63,574 bases of DNA from Octopus bimaculoides (Eukaryota): positions 32,032,912 through 32,096,485 of the forward strand of contig NC_069001.1 of NCBI RefSeq assembly GCF_001194135.2, in the 5' to 3' direction. Position numbers and translations under genes: made by a program. A model generated the notes under the pieces. The model saw only the letters and a program-made list of their open reading frames with translations. It ran no database searches and had not been told where the DNA came from. Positions 49,530 through 61,982 of this stretch are shown here, piece by piece; position 1 is the first letter of the stretch; each line of letters starts with the position of its first letter.

Positions 49530-50520
49530 AACTATCACAACATACAATGTTGTAATGTAATTATCATACAAGAAAATCTGGTAATTATCTCAATATAAGA
49601 CATAATGTGATTATCGTGGCCATAAAATTTCATAATGTAATTACCGCAACAGAAGACCTAGTAATGTAAATACCACAACAGAAAATGTAATTGTTATAAG
49701 ATGCTGTAACAAAAGTATCACATAGCAAGATGTTGTAATGTAATTATCATGAGATCTTATAATGTAATTATCACAACAAAAGATCTTCTAATATAATTAT
49801 CAAAATACTAGTTGTTGATATGTAATTATCATACCTTAAGATGTAATTATCACAGAAGACGTGATATAAATATCACACCACAAGAAATTGTAATTATCAC
49901 AGAAATAGATGTTGTAATACGATTACCACACTACAAGATCTTGTAATACAATTATCACATCACAAGACCTTGTAATGCAATTATCACAAGTTCATGGAAT
50001 GTAATTAACATAACCTCAAATGTATTGCAAATATCACACCACAAGATATTGTAATTATGATAGAAGTAGATGTAATACAATTATCACACTACAATTACCA
50101 CATCACAAGATCTTGTAATACGATTATCACACCACAAGGTCTTGTAATGTAATTATCATACCACAAGATCTTGTAATTAACCAGATGTATTGTAAATGTC
50201 ATACTCCAAGATGTAACTATCAAAAGATCTTATAATGTGATTATCAGAACACAATACATAATTATCAGAGGAGATGAAATGTCTTTTGTGAAGAAAACTA
50301 GATGTTGTAATTATCATATTGATGTTATAATTATCACATTACAAGATGTTGTAATGTAACTATCAACGCTATGGGTGATTGTCACAAGATGCTGTAACAT
50401 AATGATCACATCACTAGATGTTGTAATGTATTCATCACATGGTAGGGTTTGCTATTTGTATCATATTAGTCACAACACAAGATGTTATGTAACGTGTTCC
50501 ACATAATACAAGACACCATT
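49530..50520. repeat. Degenerate ~25-bp satellite (tgtaattatcacaccacaagat-like)
   Basis: Dozens of recurrences of tgtaat/aattatcac/acaagat over about 1 kb. Confidence 0.8.
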
Positions 50521-50925
50521 GTGATAAAACCAAATATTGAATTTCCTTTTGTCAAATGAGAAAGAAAAGGATTATTATGTATGGTAGAGAGAAAGTAAGA
50601 AAGAATGTGAGAGAGGGAGTGGAGCAGAGAGAGAAGGGAGCTGAGAAGTAGAGAGAGAAAGAAAGAAAGATGACAGAGAGAAGAGCAGAGAGATGAAGTG
50701 AAAGTGGCAGTAAACAGAGAGAAAGGGTGAGAGGGGTAGAGAGAGGAATAGAAAGAGAGAAAGAGAAACAGTGAGGGGAGTAAAAAGAGAGAAGAAAAGT
50801 GTGAGCAGAAGAGAGAGGGGAAGTGTGAAGAGGAGTAGACAGAGATAAAGAAAGAGAAAATGAAAATATGTGGGTGTGTGTTTGTAGAAAGTTAAAAAAA
50901 TCTGCTGCAAAAACAAAATATTTAC

Positions 50926-50991
50926 AACACAGGAAGATGATAGTCTGTTATATTTGGTGTGATTGGAGGTTGTTGAAGAAACCCCAAATCT
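50926..50991 (-). CDS. Candidate exon of the minus-strand gene (DLGFLQQPPITPNITDYHLPV)
   Basis: ctgatgtttAG / GTAAAT, 66 nt; phase 2->2 frame joins 54021-54088. Confidence 0.3.
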
Positions 50992-51169
50992 CTAAACATC
51001 AGAGATAATCTCACTTATATAGAGAAAGCACTAAATACCAAGAGAACCATGTGTATATTGTAATATAGAGGAAATTAGTTCAATTTCTATCTGTAATAAT
51101 AGATTGATAATATGGTGGACAATTTGGAAATGTTTGGGACAAAACATTCATATAGCGTTTAGCCTAACT

Positions 51170-51546
51170 TTTTACTCTTTTACTTGTTTCAGTCTTTTTG
51201 ACTGTGGCCATGCTGGAGCACTGCCTTTAGTCGAGCAAATCGACCCCAGGACTTATTCTGTCGGGCTCTTTTGCCGAACCGCTAAGTCACGGGGATGTAA
51301 ACACACCAGCATCGGTTGTCAAACGATGTTGGGGGGGGGGGACAAACACATACACACATACATATATATATATACATATATACGACGGGTTTCTTTCAAT
51401 TTCCGTCTACCAAATCCACTCACAAGGCATTGGTCGGCCCAAGGCTATAGTAGAAGACACTTGCCCAAGATGCCACGCAGTGGGACTGATCCTGGAAGCA
51501 TGTGGTTGGTAAGCAAGCTACTTACCACACAGCCACTCCTATGCCT
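51170..51546 (-). mobile_element. Near full-length tRNA-head SINE family B (ggctgtgtggtaag..accacatg..ggatc/ttcagtccca); other copies about 2030-2405, 8545-8705, 17033-17480, 17526-17880, 26925-27210, 38745-38905
   Basis: Pol III A/B-box-like head, central (TA/GT)n, conserved tail ggggtcgatttgctcgactaaagg..ccagcatggcc..cagtc. Confidence 0.85.
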
Positions 51547-51948
51547 ATAGGTCAACTTTGATTGAGATCATGTATGATTAAGGGCATTCCAGCCATGCCT
51601 TTTCCATCCAGTCTTTTATTTTCATACACAATACATTGATAGAGACCCTTGATGATATGTCGTGCTTGAGAAGACTCATCAAGCCAAGTGAAATCATAAT
51701 CGTGGCTGATGTTGGTGTCACGTAACTCGCACCTGTATCGGTGGCATATAGAAGCACCCCCATGCCGGTGGCACATACAAAGCACCCATTACACTCTTGG
51801 AGTGGTTGGCATTAGGAGGGCATCTGGCTGTAGAAACCATGCCAAATCAGACTGGAACATGGTACAACTCTCAGACTTACCAGTTCCAATCAGACTGTCT
51901 AACCCATGCCAGCATGGAAAGCAGACACTAAATGATGATGATAATGAG

Positions 51949-51983
<35 letters not shown>

Positions 51984-52892
51984 GGACTTCTTTCAGTTTC
52001 CATGTCCCAAATCTACTTAAACGGTTTTGGTCAGAGCAGAACAAAAGTAAAGTACAATTGCCAAGGTGCTGCACATTGAGACTGAACCAGAAACCATGTG
52101 GTTGGGATGCAAGCTTCTTAACTCATGCTTGTTAAAGAGAGCAATAGCTCAACCCTTTTGATACCAATCCGGATGAAACTGGCTCTGTAGTACAAATGTT
52201 TTGTTTTCATAAATCTTCCATTAAACCTTAGTCACAATTTATGTTCCTAACACTAGCTTAATGAGAACTAAGTTATTTTACTAAATTCTTTGTTATATTT
52301 AAAATAATTGAAAGTAACACAGAGCATCTCAAAATAAATACGGTAACAAAAGGGTAAAGAGATTAATTAACAGGCTGCATCCATTGTAGAAGTATCATTA
52401 AATGACTTGCTTATTTTTCATTTACTTTTTGTGTTCCTGAAATTGTTTCAAATAGCTAAACATACTTATTATCAAAGTACACAAAAATGAAGGGACATTT
52501 ATGCATTAAAAAGAACATAAATGAAGTAACATTTATAAGAATTTAAACTTCTTTCTGCTGTTTTAAGTCACACAGGTGTGTGATAAGAATTAAATGAAGG
52601 AAATGTGTTAAGTAGTGGAAATGTGTTAAGAGTAGAAAAAAAAAAGTGCAACATTTAAACAAGAGAATGGTGGATGAAATTTAACTGCTGCTGCTGTGGT
52701 ATTCTAAATTGCTGCTAAACTTAGATGAAATAATTTGAAAAAAAATGTTTTGCTGTTATTATTCATTGACTTTTTATTCTTTTATTTGTCTTAATCATTA
52801 GATTATTGCTATGCTGGGACACCTCCTTGAGAGGTGCCCCAGCATGAAAAATAAATATAATTATTTTTTATTGTTATTACTTATTAAGATTA

Positions 52893-52927
<35 letters not shown>

Positions 52928-53283
52928 GCTGGTAGAATTGTTAGCATGCTGGACGAAATACTTGGTAGTATTTCGCTCATCGCTATGTTCCGAGTTCAAA
53001 TTCTGTCGAAGTTGATTTTGCCTTTCATCCTTTCAGGGTTGATAAATGAAGTACCAGTGAAACACAGGGGTTGATGTAATCAACTAGTTCCCTCCCACAA
53101 AATTTCAGGCCTTGTGCCTTTAGTAGAAAGGATGATTATTAATGTTGTTGTTGTTGAAGCATTTCCTCCAGCTCTTTAGATTTTGAGTCCAAATGCCACT
53201 GAGATAGACTTTGCCTGTCATCCTTTCAAGGTTCCCCACTCTCCTCAAAACTGCTGACTTGCACCAAATTTTGAAATCATAAC

Positions 53284-53316
<33 letters not shown>

Positions 53317-54020
53317 GGAGAAAATTGTAAAGTGGCAAAAAAGATAGGGTGTCAAAACAGCCATTTTACAGTATTTGGTTCCATCTGCTGTGTCTTGAAT
53401 TCAAATACTACTGAGATCACAATTGATCTGTGGTTATTGATGTAATATCAGCTACGTATGTTGGGTTTGATTCAATCAAGTATTTTCTTCTCTCTGATGA
53501 ATAAGCTTTGTGTTATGAAAACTGTGCTTGACTGACGAAGGTAGTATTACATAATGGTTATCTTACATAAATTCTTGAAATGTGCATATTAAATATTTTC
53601 AAAATATCAACTTTTGGCTTTGTGACTATTCCAATATATATACATATAAGTTATTTGGATAAGGAACTGAGCCAGTAGGACTTTCCTCTAATTGTGAAAT
53701 GATTCCTTGAGACTGCAATTGTATGTATGTAGGAGTGTGTGTGCATGTGAATAAGAGTGTGGGTATAAAATAGTACATGCGACTAGATATAAGCTCTATC
53801 TGTGCATAGATCAATCAGAAAACATTCATAAAAAATAACAACGACAACAATAATAATCATAGTTATTGTTATCATGGAAAGAACAACAACAACAATAGCA
53901 GTGACCAATGTGAAGAAATAAAGCAGAAATGGATGTATAAGTTTGTCACTTGGAAAGTTCTGCCCTGGTTCTATGTGTATAATATGGCAGAAAGCAGGAG
54001 ACAAAATGGGAAGGACTCAC

Positions 54021-54088
54021 CTTGTTACCCAGATCAAGTCATGGGAAACTAGACAGCTTCTTACCAGAAAGAAGATTTGTAGTGTCCC
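54021..54088 (-). CDS. Candidate exon of an unidentified minus-strand gene (GTLQIFFLVRSCLVSHDLIWVT)
   Basis: ccaatttcattacAG acceptor and GTGAGT donor; only one frame is open across 68 nt. Confidence 0.35.
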
Positions 54089-55040
54089 CTGTAATGAAAT
54101 TGGGGGGGTAGTTCAAAAGCAAAGGCACTAATTTTCAATCAATTTACTCAATTCAAGATTGTGGAACGAGACTGGCACATAGCTTTTGGCAACACACATT
54201 AAAATAGATGTGCGTATACATACATATGCGTAAGGGAAGGGAATTATATCAAGAGATGGCAATCCTGAATCTTTTCAGTGATTGTATTTACAAGATTATC
54301 AACTTATTAAAAGAACAGTTGCTAATTAAAGGAATATTTGCTAATTGAAGGATAAGAAGTAAGATAAGAAAATGGTTTGATATTTGTTGTGTGAAGGTGC
54401 AAGTAGAACAAGGAGGTTTTCAATTCTATATAATTTGACTGTTATTAATATGACCAAATCAAGAATTAGGTTTAATATGGAAATTTCAAATACATAACCA
54501 AAAGACAAAGAGAGACGAAGTTCACTGTGTCATGCTGTGTTGTACTAATCAAAAGGTAGTGCTGCAGTTGCTTGCTGTCCTTAAATATCTCTGATCAGTT
54601 TATAAGCAAATGCTTCTATAATTTGCACAGCAATGACATCACTGCTGTATTGTTCTTTTAAAGTTGAATGTGCTTCTATTTATTGTTCCTTGTCTTAAGT
54701 GACCCTTGCTAGTTATTATTATTGGTCAATGTTGTCAGTGACGCAAGTAATTCTATCATTTATCAACAATATCATACACTGCCTCGTTCTGAGAAATAAA
54801 ACTGGCACATAACTCTTGGCAACACATAGCAAACAGGTGTGTATGCACGTGTGTGTGTGTGTGTGTGTGTATGTGTGTGTGTGTATATATATATATATAT
54901 AAAGTATGGGGGTTAAGTTAAGTTCACAGGTGATCTAAACGATTAGGTACGCTAGGCAAGTGCTGTAACGGATTACTGGGGCTCCAAGGTTATAGCCGAG
55001 ATGGTAGTTATAGAGCCATTGCAGATTTCCGATTCAGCAG

Positions 55041-55207
55041 ATATATAATTGTTAAACAGGACATCAAACATTAAGGCAAGGCAAACATCTCAAGTCATAT
55101 ACAATATTATAATAATTTATGATAATTTCTTCTTATAATAATATTGTATATGACTTGAGATGTTTGCCTTGTCTTAATGTTTGACGTCCTGTTTAACAAT
55201 TATATAT
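55041..55207. repeat. Near-perfect 70-bp inverted repeat (foldback/MITE-like hairpin)
   Basis: 55041-55110 is the reverse complement of 55138-55207 with 2 mismatches; about 27-nt loop. Confidence 0.9.
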
Positions 55208-55226
55208 GTGTATGTATGTGTGTGTG

Positions 55227-55275
<49 letters not shown>

Positions 55276-56081
55276 NNNNNNNNNNNNNNNNNNNNNNNNN
55301 NNNNNNNNNNNNNNNNNNNNNNNNNNNNNNNNNNNNNNNNNNNNNNNNNNNNNNNNNNNNNNNNNNNNNNNNNNNNNNNNNNNNNNNNNNNNNNNNNNNN
55401 NNNNNNNNNNNNNNNNNNNNNNNNNNNNNNNNNNNNNNNNNNNNNNNNNNNNNNNNNNNNNNNNNNNNNNNNNNNNNNNNNNNNNNNNNNNNNNNNNNNN
55501 NNNNNNNNNNNNNNNNNNNNNNNNNNNNNNNNNNNNNNNNNNNNNNNNNNNNNNNNNNNNNNNNNNNNNNNNNNNNNNNNNNNNNNNNNNNNNNNNNNNN
55601 NNNNNNNNNNNNNNNNNNNNNNNNNNNNNNNNNNNNNNNNNNNNNNNNNNNNNNNNNNNNNNNNNNNNNNNNNNNNNNNNNNNNNNNNNNNNNNNNNNNN
55701 NNNNNNNNNNNNNNNNNNNNNNNNNNNNNNNNNNNNNNNNNNNNNNNNNNNNNNNNNNNNNNNNNNNNNNNNNNNNNNNNNNNNNNNNNNNNNNNNNNNN
55801 NNNNNNNNNNNNNNNNNNNNNNNNNNNNNNNNNNNNNNNNNNNNNNNNNNNNNNNNNNNNNNNNNNNNNNNNNNNNNNNNNNNNNNNNNNNNNNNNNNNN
55901 NNNNNNNNNNNNNNNNNNNNNNNNNNNNNNNNNNNNNNNNNNNNNNNNNNNNNNNNNNNNNNNNNNNNNNNAAGATTAATGAATCAAAAAAGATTTTTTT
56001 TTCTTTTGTTTTGTGCTATTTTGCTGATAACTTAAGGTGTATCTTCAAAATTAATTCTAGAGTAACACTCTCTATATATTT

Positions 56082-56119
<38 letters not shown>

Positions 56120-58730
56120 TTACATCCTCTTCTTACTATATTTATAATGAAACACAACTTATGAGTTGCAATTAATTTTGAAAATAATCAATAATTTAAA
56201 TGGATTTAGTAAAAATAACTTGTTCAGAACATAACTTAACAAAAGGATCTCAAATAAGTCATGATAGGAAGTTTTGCTTTTGACATGAATGTTTTAACAA
56301 CAGAAATACTTTTCTATGATAGGAGTGGATGTGGTCTGAGCTAAAAGGTTTTAGACATTTAAATATACTCTAACTGTTTAGAATTTAAACTAGCCATATC
56401 CAGCCCGTATATGCTACCTGTTTTATTTTTGGCCAGATCTGAACTCTCACAACTGCCCTACAATGTCATTCTAAAAACAAACAAATCTTGGAACTACAAG
56501 ATAATGCATGATTAATCAAAATCAACAAGGATATATAGAGTAATCTAAATTCTAAAGGGTTAATATTAAACTAATTTTATCTTGATGCTGTGCTTGGTAT
56601 AAATAGAACTTTAACATCTTTTGTCTTGGGAGGGTCGTTAGGCCAATAATAATCCGTTCTACTGGAGGCACAAGGCCTCAAATTTGTGGGGAGGAGACTA
56701 GTCGATTACATCGACCCCAGTGTTTCACTGGTACTTAATTTATCGACCCCGAAAGGATGAAAAGCAAAGTCAACCTCGGCGGAATTTGAACTCAGAACAT
56801 AGCGACGGGCGAAATACCGCTAAGCATTTTGCCCAGTATGCTAATGACTCTGCCAGCTTGCTGTGTTTGTTATGCCAATAATAATAATAACACACTGTGT
56901 TTGTTGTTGTTATTGATGTAGTGACCTTCCCAAGACATACCAAGATTCGTCTTAACACAAGAATTCACAAGAATCTTGCAAACCAAATTAAAAAAAAAAA
57001 AAAAGAATTTTAACAGTTGTTATACTAACTGGTGTTACCTATTAATTATTATCTCTGAGAGAGTTCTTTCACATTTCCTATGCAAAAGAATGGATTCTAA
57101 TACAACAGGTTTTTTTTTTAATATTTTCATTGTGATTATTATTGTTGTTGTTGAGGTAAGAAAAAAATCTTTATATTTGTTGTGAGGAGGAGGAGGAGGA
57201 AAAGTAGGGCAGTTTCTACCTTAATACTCTTGACATGGTGTTGATATGATCACTTCAAGAATTAGGTTTCCTTTGAATATTTCACATACAGAACCAAATA
57301 CAAAAGGGAGTCAAGTTCACTCCACTACCAATGAAGATTTTCACATAATGAATACAAGAAATATTTTGTTCATAAGTATCTCCTACTCACTCTTCAACCC
57401 ATTTTTTTGTTTTTTATTGTTGTTGATTAAATTCTCAAAAGGAAAGATTGATCAGATTAAAAGTACCTACTTTCTTATGAAAACAATGTCTTCTAAAGTA
57501 AACGGTTTGGGTATGACTAAAATTACAAAGCGCATCACCTAATGGTTAGAGTGCTACAATCATGATTAAAAGGTCATGGTTTCGATTCCCGAACCAGGCA
57601 GTACATTGTGTTCTTGAGTAAAACACTTCATTTCACATCGCTCCAGTCCACTCAATTGTAAATGAGTAACCCAGCAACAGACAAGTGTTCCAATTAGGGG
57701 AAATGTTGTCACTTATACACCATGGAAACTGAGTAACAGGCCCTATGGGCTTCAGGACTCAAGACTGTAATATCTAGGAGACTCATTTTTTTCTCTTTTC
57801 TTTGTCCCTAAGATTGAATGTACCAGAACAAAATATGGAATAAGCTAAATGTAAGACTGATAGACGGTAAGGAATTAAATAATTGAAAAATAATTTAACC
57901 TTTAAATATTTAAACTGGCTATGTGGACAAATTTGAAGATGCCTGATTAATTAAAAACAATTTGAGTATATAAGCATTACATCTGAATAATCTGAATGCT
58001 AAAGGATCAACAAATGAATGGTCAAATGGTTAAATCAGAGAGAAGCTGTGTATATATATATATATACTACACATTAGTTTTAATTATTTATTTTTTTAAA
58101 TTATCAAGAATCAGGAAAACACGGACTCAAATGAGACTTCCAACGTCACAAGACCTATAAAAATATCCAGTTGGGATAACAGCCTGTTGCGTTATTGTAA
58201 TTTGGGAAATATGGCTCCTTCCTGGAGCAAACTAGACCGTTTACTTCCAATATAAGGGCGGCATACAAAGACACCAAGAGTAAAAACTGAATTCAACACA
58301 ACATGCAGATTGAATGAGAGAGGCAATGCAATGAAATAGGGAAAGATAATCGAACAGAGTAAAAGGGAAATTAAGAATATATATACATATATATGCAATG
58401 AAAGGGTACATTCACTTAGTGATTACAAGTTTTAATGAAATCTTTTTACTAAAAAGGATTTTTATGGATAACACACAAAGGGGGGGGGGAGCCCAAACTG
58501 CCAATAGGATATGTAACCAGTTACATAACAAAGCTGAAAACTAATACAAATATTGTTTATTATATAACAGCTTGAGGCTTACATTAAGGAATATGATTGA
58601 GAAAAGAAATGAAGAAAATAATCAGTTTGGATTGTAGCTGCAAATAATAGCAAATCTAAATCGCATTACTTTGGAAACTGCAATAAAAAAAAATTGATAC
58701 AAAAGCAGAAAGAAAAAAAAGGAATAATAA

Positions 58731-58775
<45 letters not shown>

Positions 58776-59220
58776 TAGGCATCTGAAAAGTAAATAGACA
58801 CTCCGCTTAATAGTTTTTTATGTGTGTACAGAACTCATTAATATGATGCCCAAACAAGTTGAATCCTTGATTAAATAATTAAATGCATCAAGTGACAATA
58901 TCTATCCCCACTTGAACGTGGGTGTTCTGAGGGAACAAACTCTCATATTGGCTTTTGGTGCTGGAGACAGTACGGGATTTATCTCCCCGCTAGCAATGTA
59001 AACAAGCAAGCATTTTGCACCTGAAGCCATTATGGGAGTTTCTCTCATGGTATCTACCACAGTATAGTTTGTTCAAACAGAGCATCCACGTATAAGTGGG
59101 AATAAATATTTCCTCTCAGTATTAATACTGCCTCTGCAGCTAATATACAAATGACAATATTTTGTTTCTAAATATAGATATTCTAAAGATGATGTCTATT
59201 TATTTTGAGATGTCTGTGTG

Positions 59221-59261
<41 letters not shown>

Positions 59262-59277
59262 TACACACACAAACGTA

Positions 59278-59494
59278 CAAGGGGGTGCTAAAAAGTTCCT
59301 GGCTTTGAGTAAAAGAAAATACAGGAGGATCAGTTAATTGTGATTTTATTCAACATATTCCCCTCTCAGGTTCACACACTTATTGCAGTAGTCCTTCAGT
59401 TTTTCTAAGTCCTGTAAAAGGACTCAGAAGGTTGGGCCTCTGACCAGGCCTTTCGCGATACCCTTAAAGCCAGGAACTTTTCAGCACCCTCTTG
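59278..59494. mobile_element. Mariner-derived MITE, 217 bp, ~29-bp TIR, TA target duplication
   Basis: TA|caagggggtgctaaaaagttcctggcttt ... aaagccaggaacttttcagcaccctcttg|TA. Confidence 0.88.
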
Positions 59495-61888
59495 TATATA
59501 CGTGTGTGTGTGTGTGTATTAAATGTGAACTGTGTAAATAAAATGAAGAAAGCAAGCTTGTGTGATCCGTGGAGAAACTTTTGTATAAAAATGAAGGCAT
59601 CTGATGAATGACACTGAACAATCCTAGTATTCTATTAACTCGGTTTATTATATGACTAGATCTATTCAAACTCCCTATGCACACCCCAATGGGAAGACCA
59701 GTGAAATTATCTGGGAGTTAAATACTACTTCTGATGTTGGTAGCCCATATATGTCCAGCAGTTACAAGGAAATTGTAATGTTTGGAAATGACTGTCAAAC
59801 AACAAAGTTTAACACTTGAACACTTTAAAAGAAAGCAGAACAGCAAAGATTAGTTCATAGCTTTGTTACAATATGTTGGTGTTGTAGTTGTTTGACCCCA
59901 GGTCAACCCTGAACAAGTAGACCAATGACTAACGATATTCCAGACATGATCATTTTGTTTTTTCCAGATTACATTATTCTATCTATCTTCCTTTTTTTAA
60001 GATGCTAGGCAAGATTTGAGAAATATATAGCTGCTATCTCTAGCAAATCAAGTGCCCTGCATGACTATGTCGTTAACAAGTTTGTTTCCACAATCCTTGT
60101 GCATGGTAAGTTGAGCAGGTTTCTTCTACCATAGCCATGGACCAACCAAAACCTTGTGAGTTTAAATTGTTAGTAGAAACTGTGCAGAAGCCTGTCAAAT
60201 GTATGTGAGGTAGGGAGATGGTGGCAAAAACTGGTTGTTGAATGAGATAACTAGTGGTATTTTAATCCCTATTAGTTATGCCCTTCAACCCTTACTGCAG
60301 AGGACCTGAGTACACTTGGTTCTAAGCATGAGCACTTGAGACATGGTAACCGAGTTAACTCAATTTTAATAGTGGGGTACTTTCTGGAATTGTCTACATT
60401 TCATATGATGTAGTACACACATTTTGCTTTCACTAGCCAACAGAAAGAAGTTGCAAGAACTGATTTGCATATAATTAGCATGTTGCATCACCAACAACAA
60501 ATTTAATCACTGTAAGGAGGATTAACGCCCGATCAACTTTGCTCTTTGTCCTCTTGCACCCTTATGCGAACATTAAAAGGCAATGACTCAACATGTGAGC
60601 AGGATAATAAATTGAAAACAGGTTTTACAACATGCAACTTGATAGTAAAGCAAGCAGGAGCCACTTCATGCCACAGATATAAAGCTCAAGCATAAGCCAA
60701 TGAAGGGTTCTCAATATTGACAATATGTCCTATTATTACTTATTTGTCATATTTACCAACAGCTCCTGAAATGTTTTACCCTTTCCCATTTAAACCAGCC
60801 AAAATATTCTATCGGGTTTATGTTCAAGCTAGCCAGATCTGTCCTCTCACACCTACCCTACAATATCATTCTAAAAATAAGCAATCACGTCATCGAAATC
60901 TCAAAGCCATGAAATAATACATGACTAATTAAAAACAACATTAATAAGACAGCATTACATTTTACAGAATAATCTGAATGCTAAAGGGTTAAATATTTAT
61001 TCAATATTAAATTTGAGAACCCAAAATTCTTTTTTTTAAAAATAAGGGTTAACTGGAATTTTCCTCCCAGTTTTGATCCAATCATTTGAGAAAAAGAAAA
61101 TCTCAATGTTTTGTAGGAAACTACTGAAATCTAGTTAGACCGGCTACAGCATATGTGTTCAACTGAATTACCCGAGTTCAGATATTTATTCTTAACAGCC
61201 CTGAATATTGAGACAGTTCTAGCCTCAGTGCATCTCATAAAAATGGGACGACTTAGATAGATACACAGCTGATGTGTAAACAAAGTTACCAACACTGTTC
61301 TTTACAACTCTAGTAGGAATATTGGTCTTTTTTTTTCACACATAAATAGAGAATGCATTTTTGATGGGAGATAATCCAATGCTACCACAAAATAACACAC
61401 TACCATAAGGTCCTTAGTTATCGTCCTTTTTTGCCATTTTTTTTAAAATCTAAAATAGCAAAAAAAAAAAAACAAGAAAGAGAGCAAAGTCCCAACAATA
61501 GGAATGCTAAGTCTAAACACAAACAAACAATAATCAAAGGAATAAAGGAAAAAAATAACACATAGAAGGAAAATAATGGGACTAAGAAAACTTCATTCGT
61601 ATGACTCAATGGATTTTTTAGCATGCTTTTAACAAAACTCTAAATATATCAGGTAAAAATGGTTGTGATTACAAAACAGTGATGTGAAGGGAAGAAAAAA
61701 AAAATGGAGCGTTTAGTCATAAGAACCAGAATGTGTTAAATATAATAGAAAAATGACCACCCAAGTTTTTTATGTCATGGATAAGCACAATAAACAGGAA
61801 AACTTGTTTATATCCCCCCCCCTTCCACTTCATTGCACACAAAGAATATAGTCTATATATGTATGCTATATATACACACACAATATAT

Positions 61889-61982
<94 letters not shown>

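Noticed and set aside
8844-56175. Long ORFs in the supplied track that contain X runs
   Set aside because: They merely span N gaps; only the start of 8844 is real coding sequence
57531-57600. tRNA-like sequence (cctaatggttagagtg...ttcgattccc), and similar heads at 20110, 35120-35180 and 41065
   Set aside because: SINE heads with A/B boxes but no complete cloverleaf; they continue into SINE bodies
58820-59800. Short open frames in unique-looking sequence (e.g. MRETPIMASGAKCLLV..., MTRSIQTPYAHPNGK...)
   Set aside because: About 50 codons each, no recognisable motif, no consistent splice chain; could be 3' UTR of the right-edge gene
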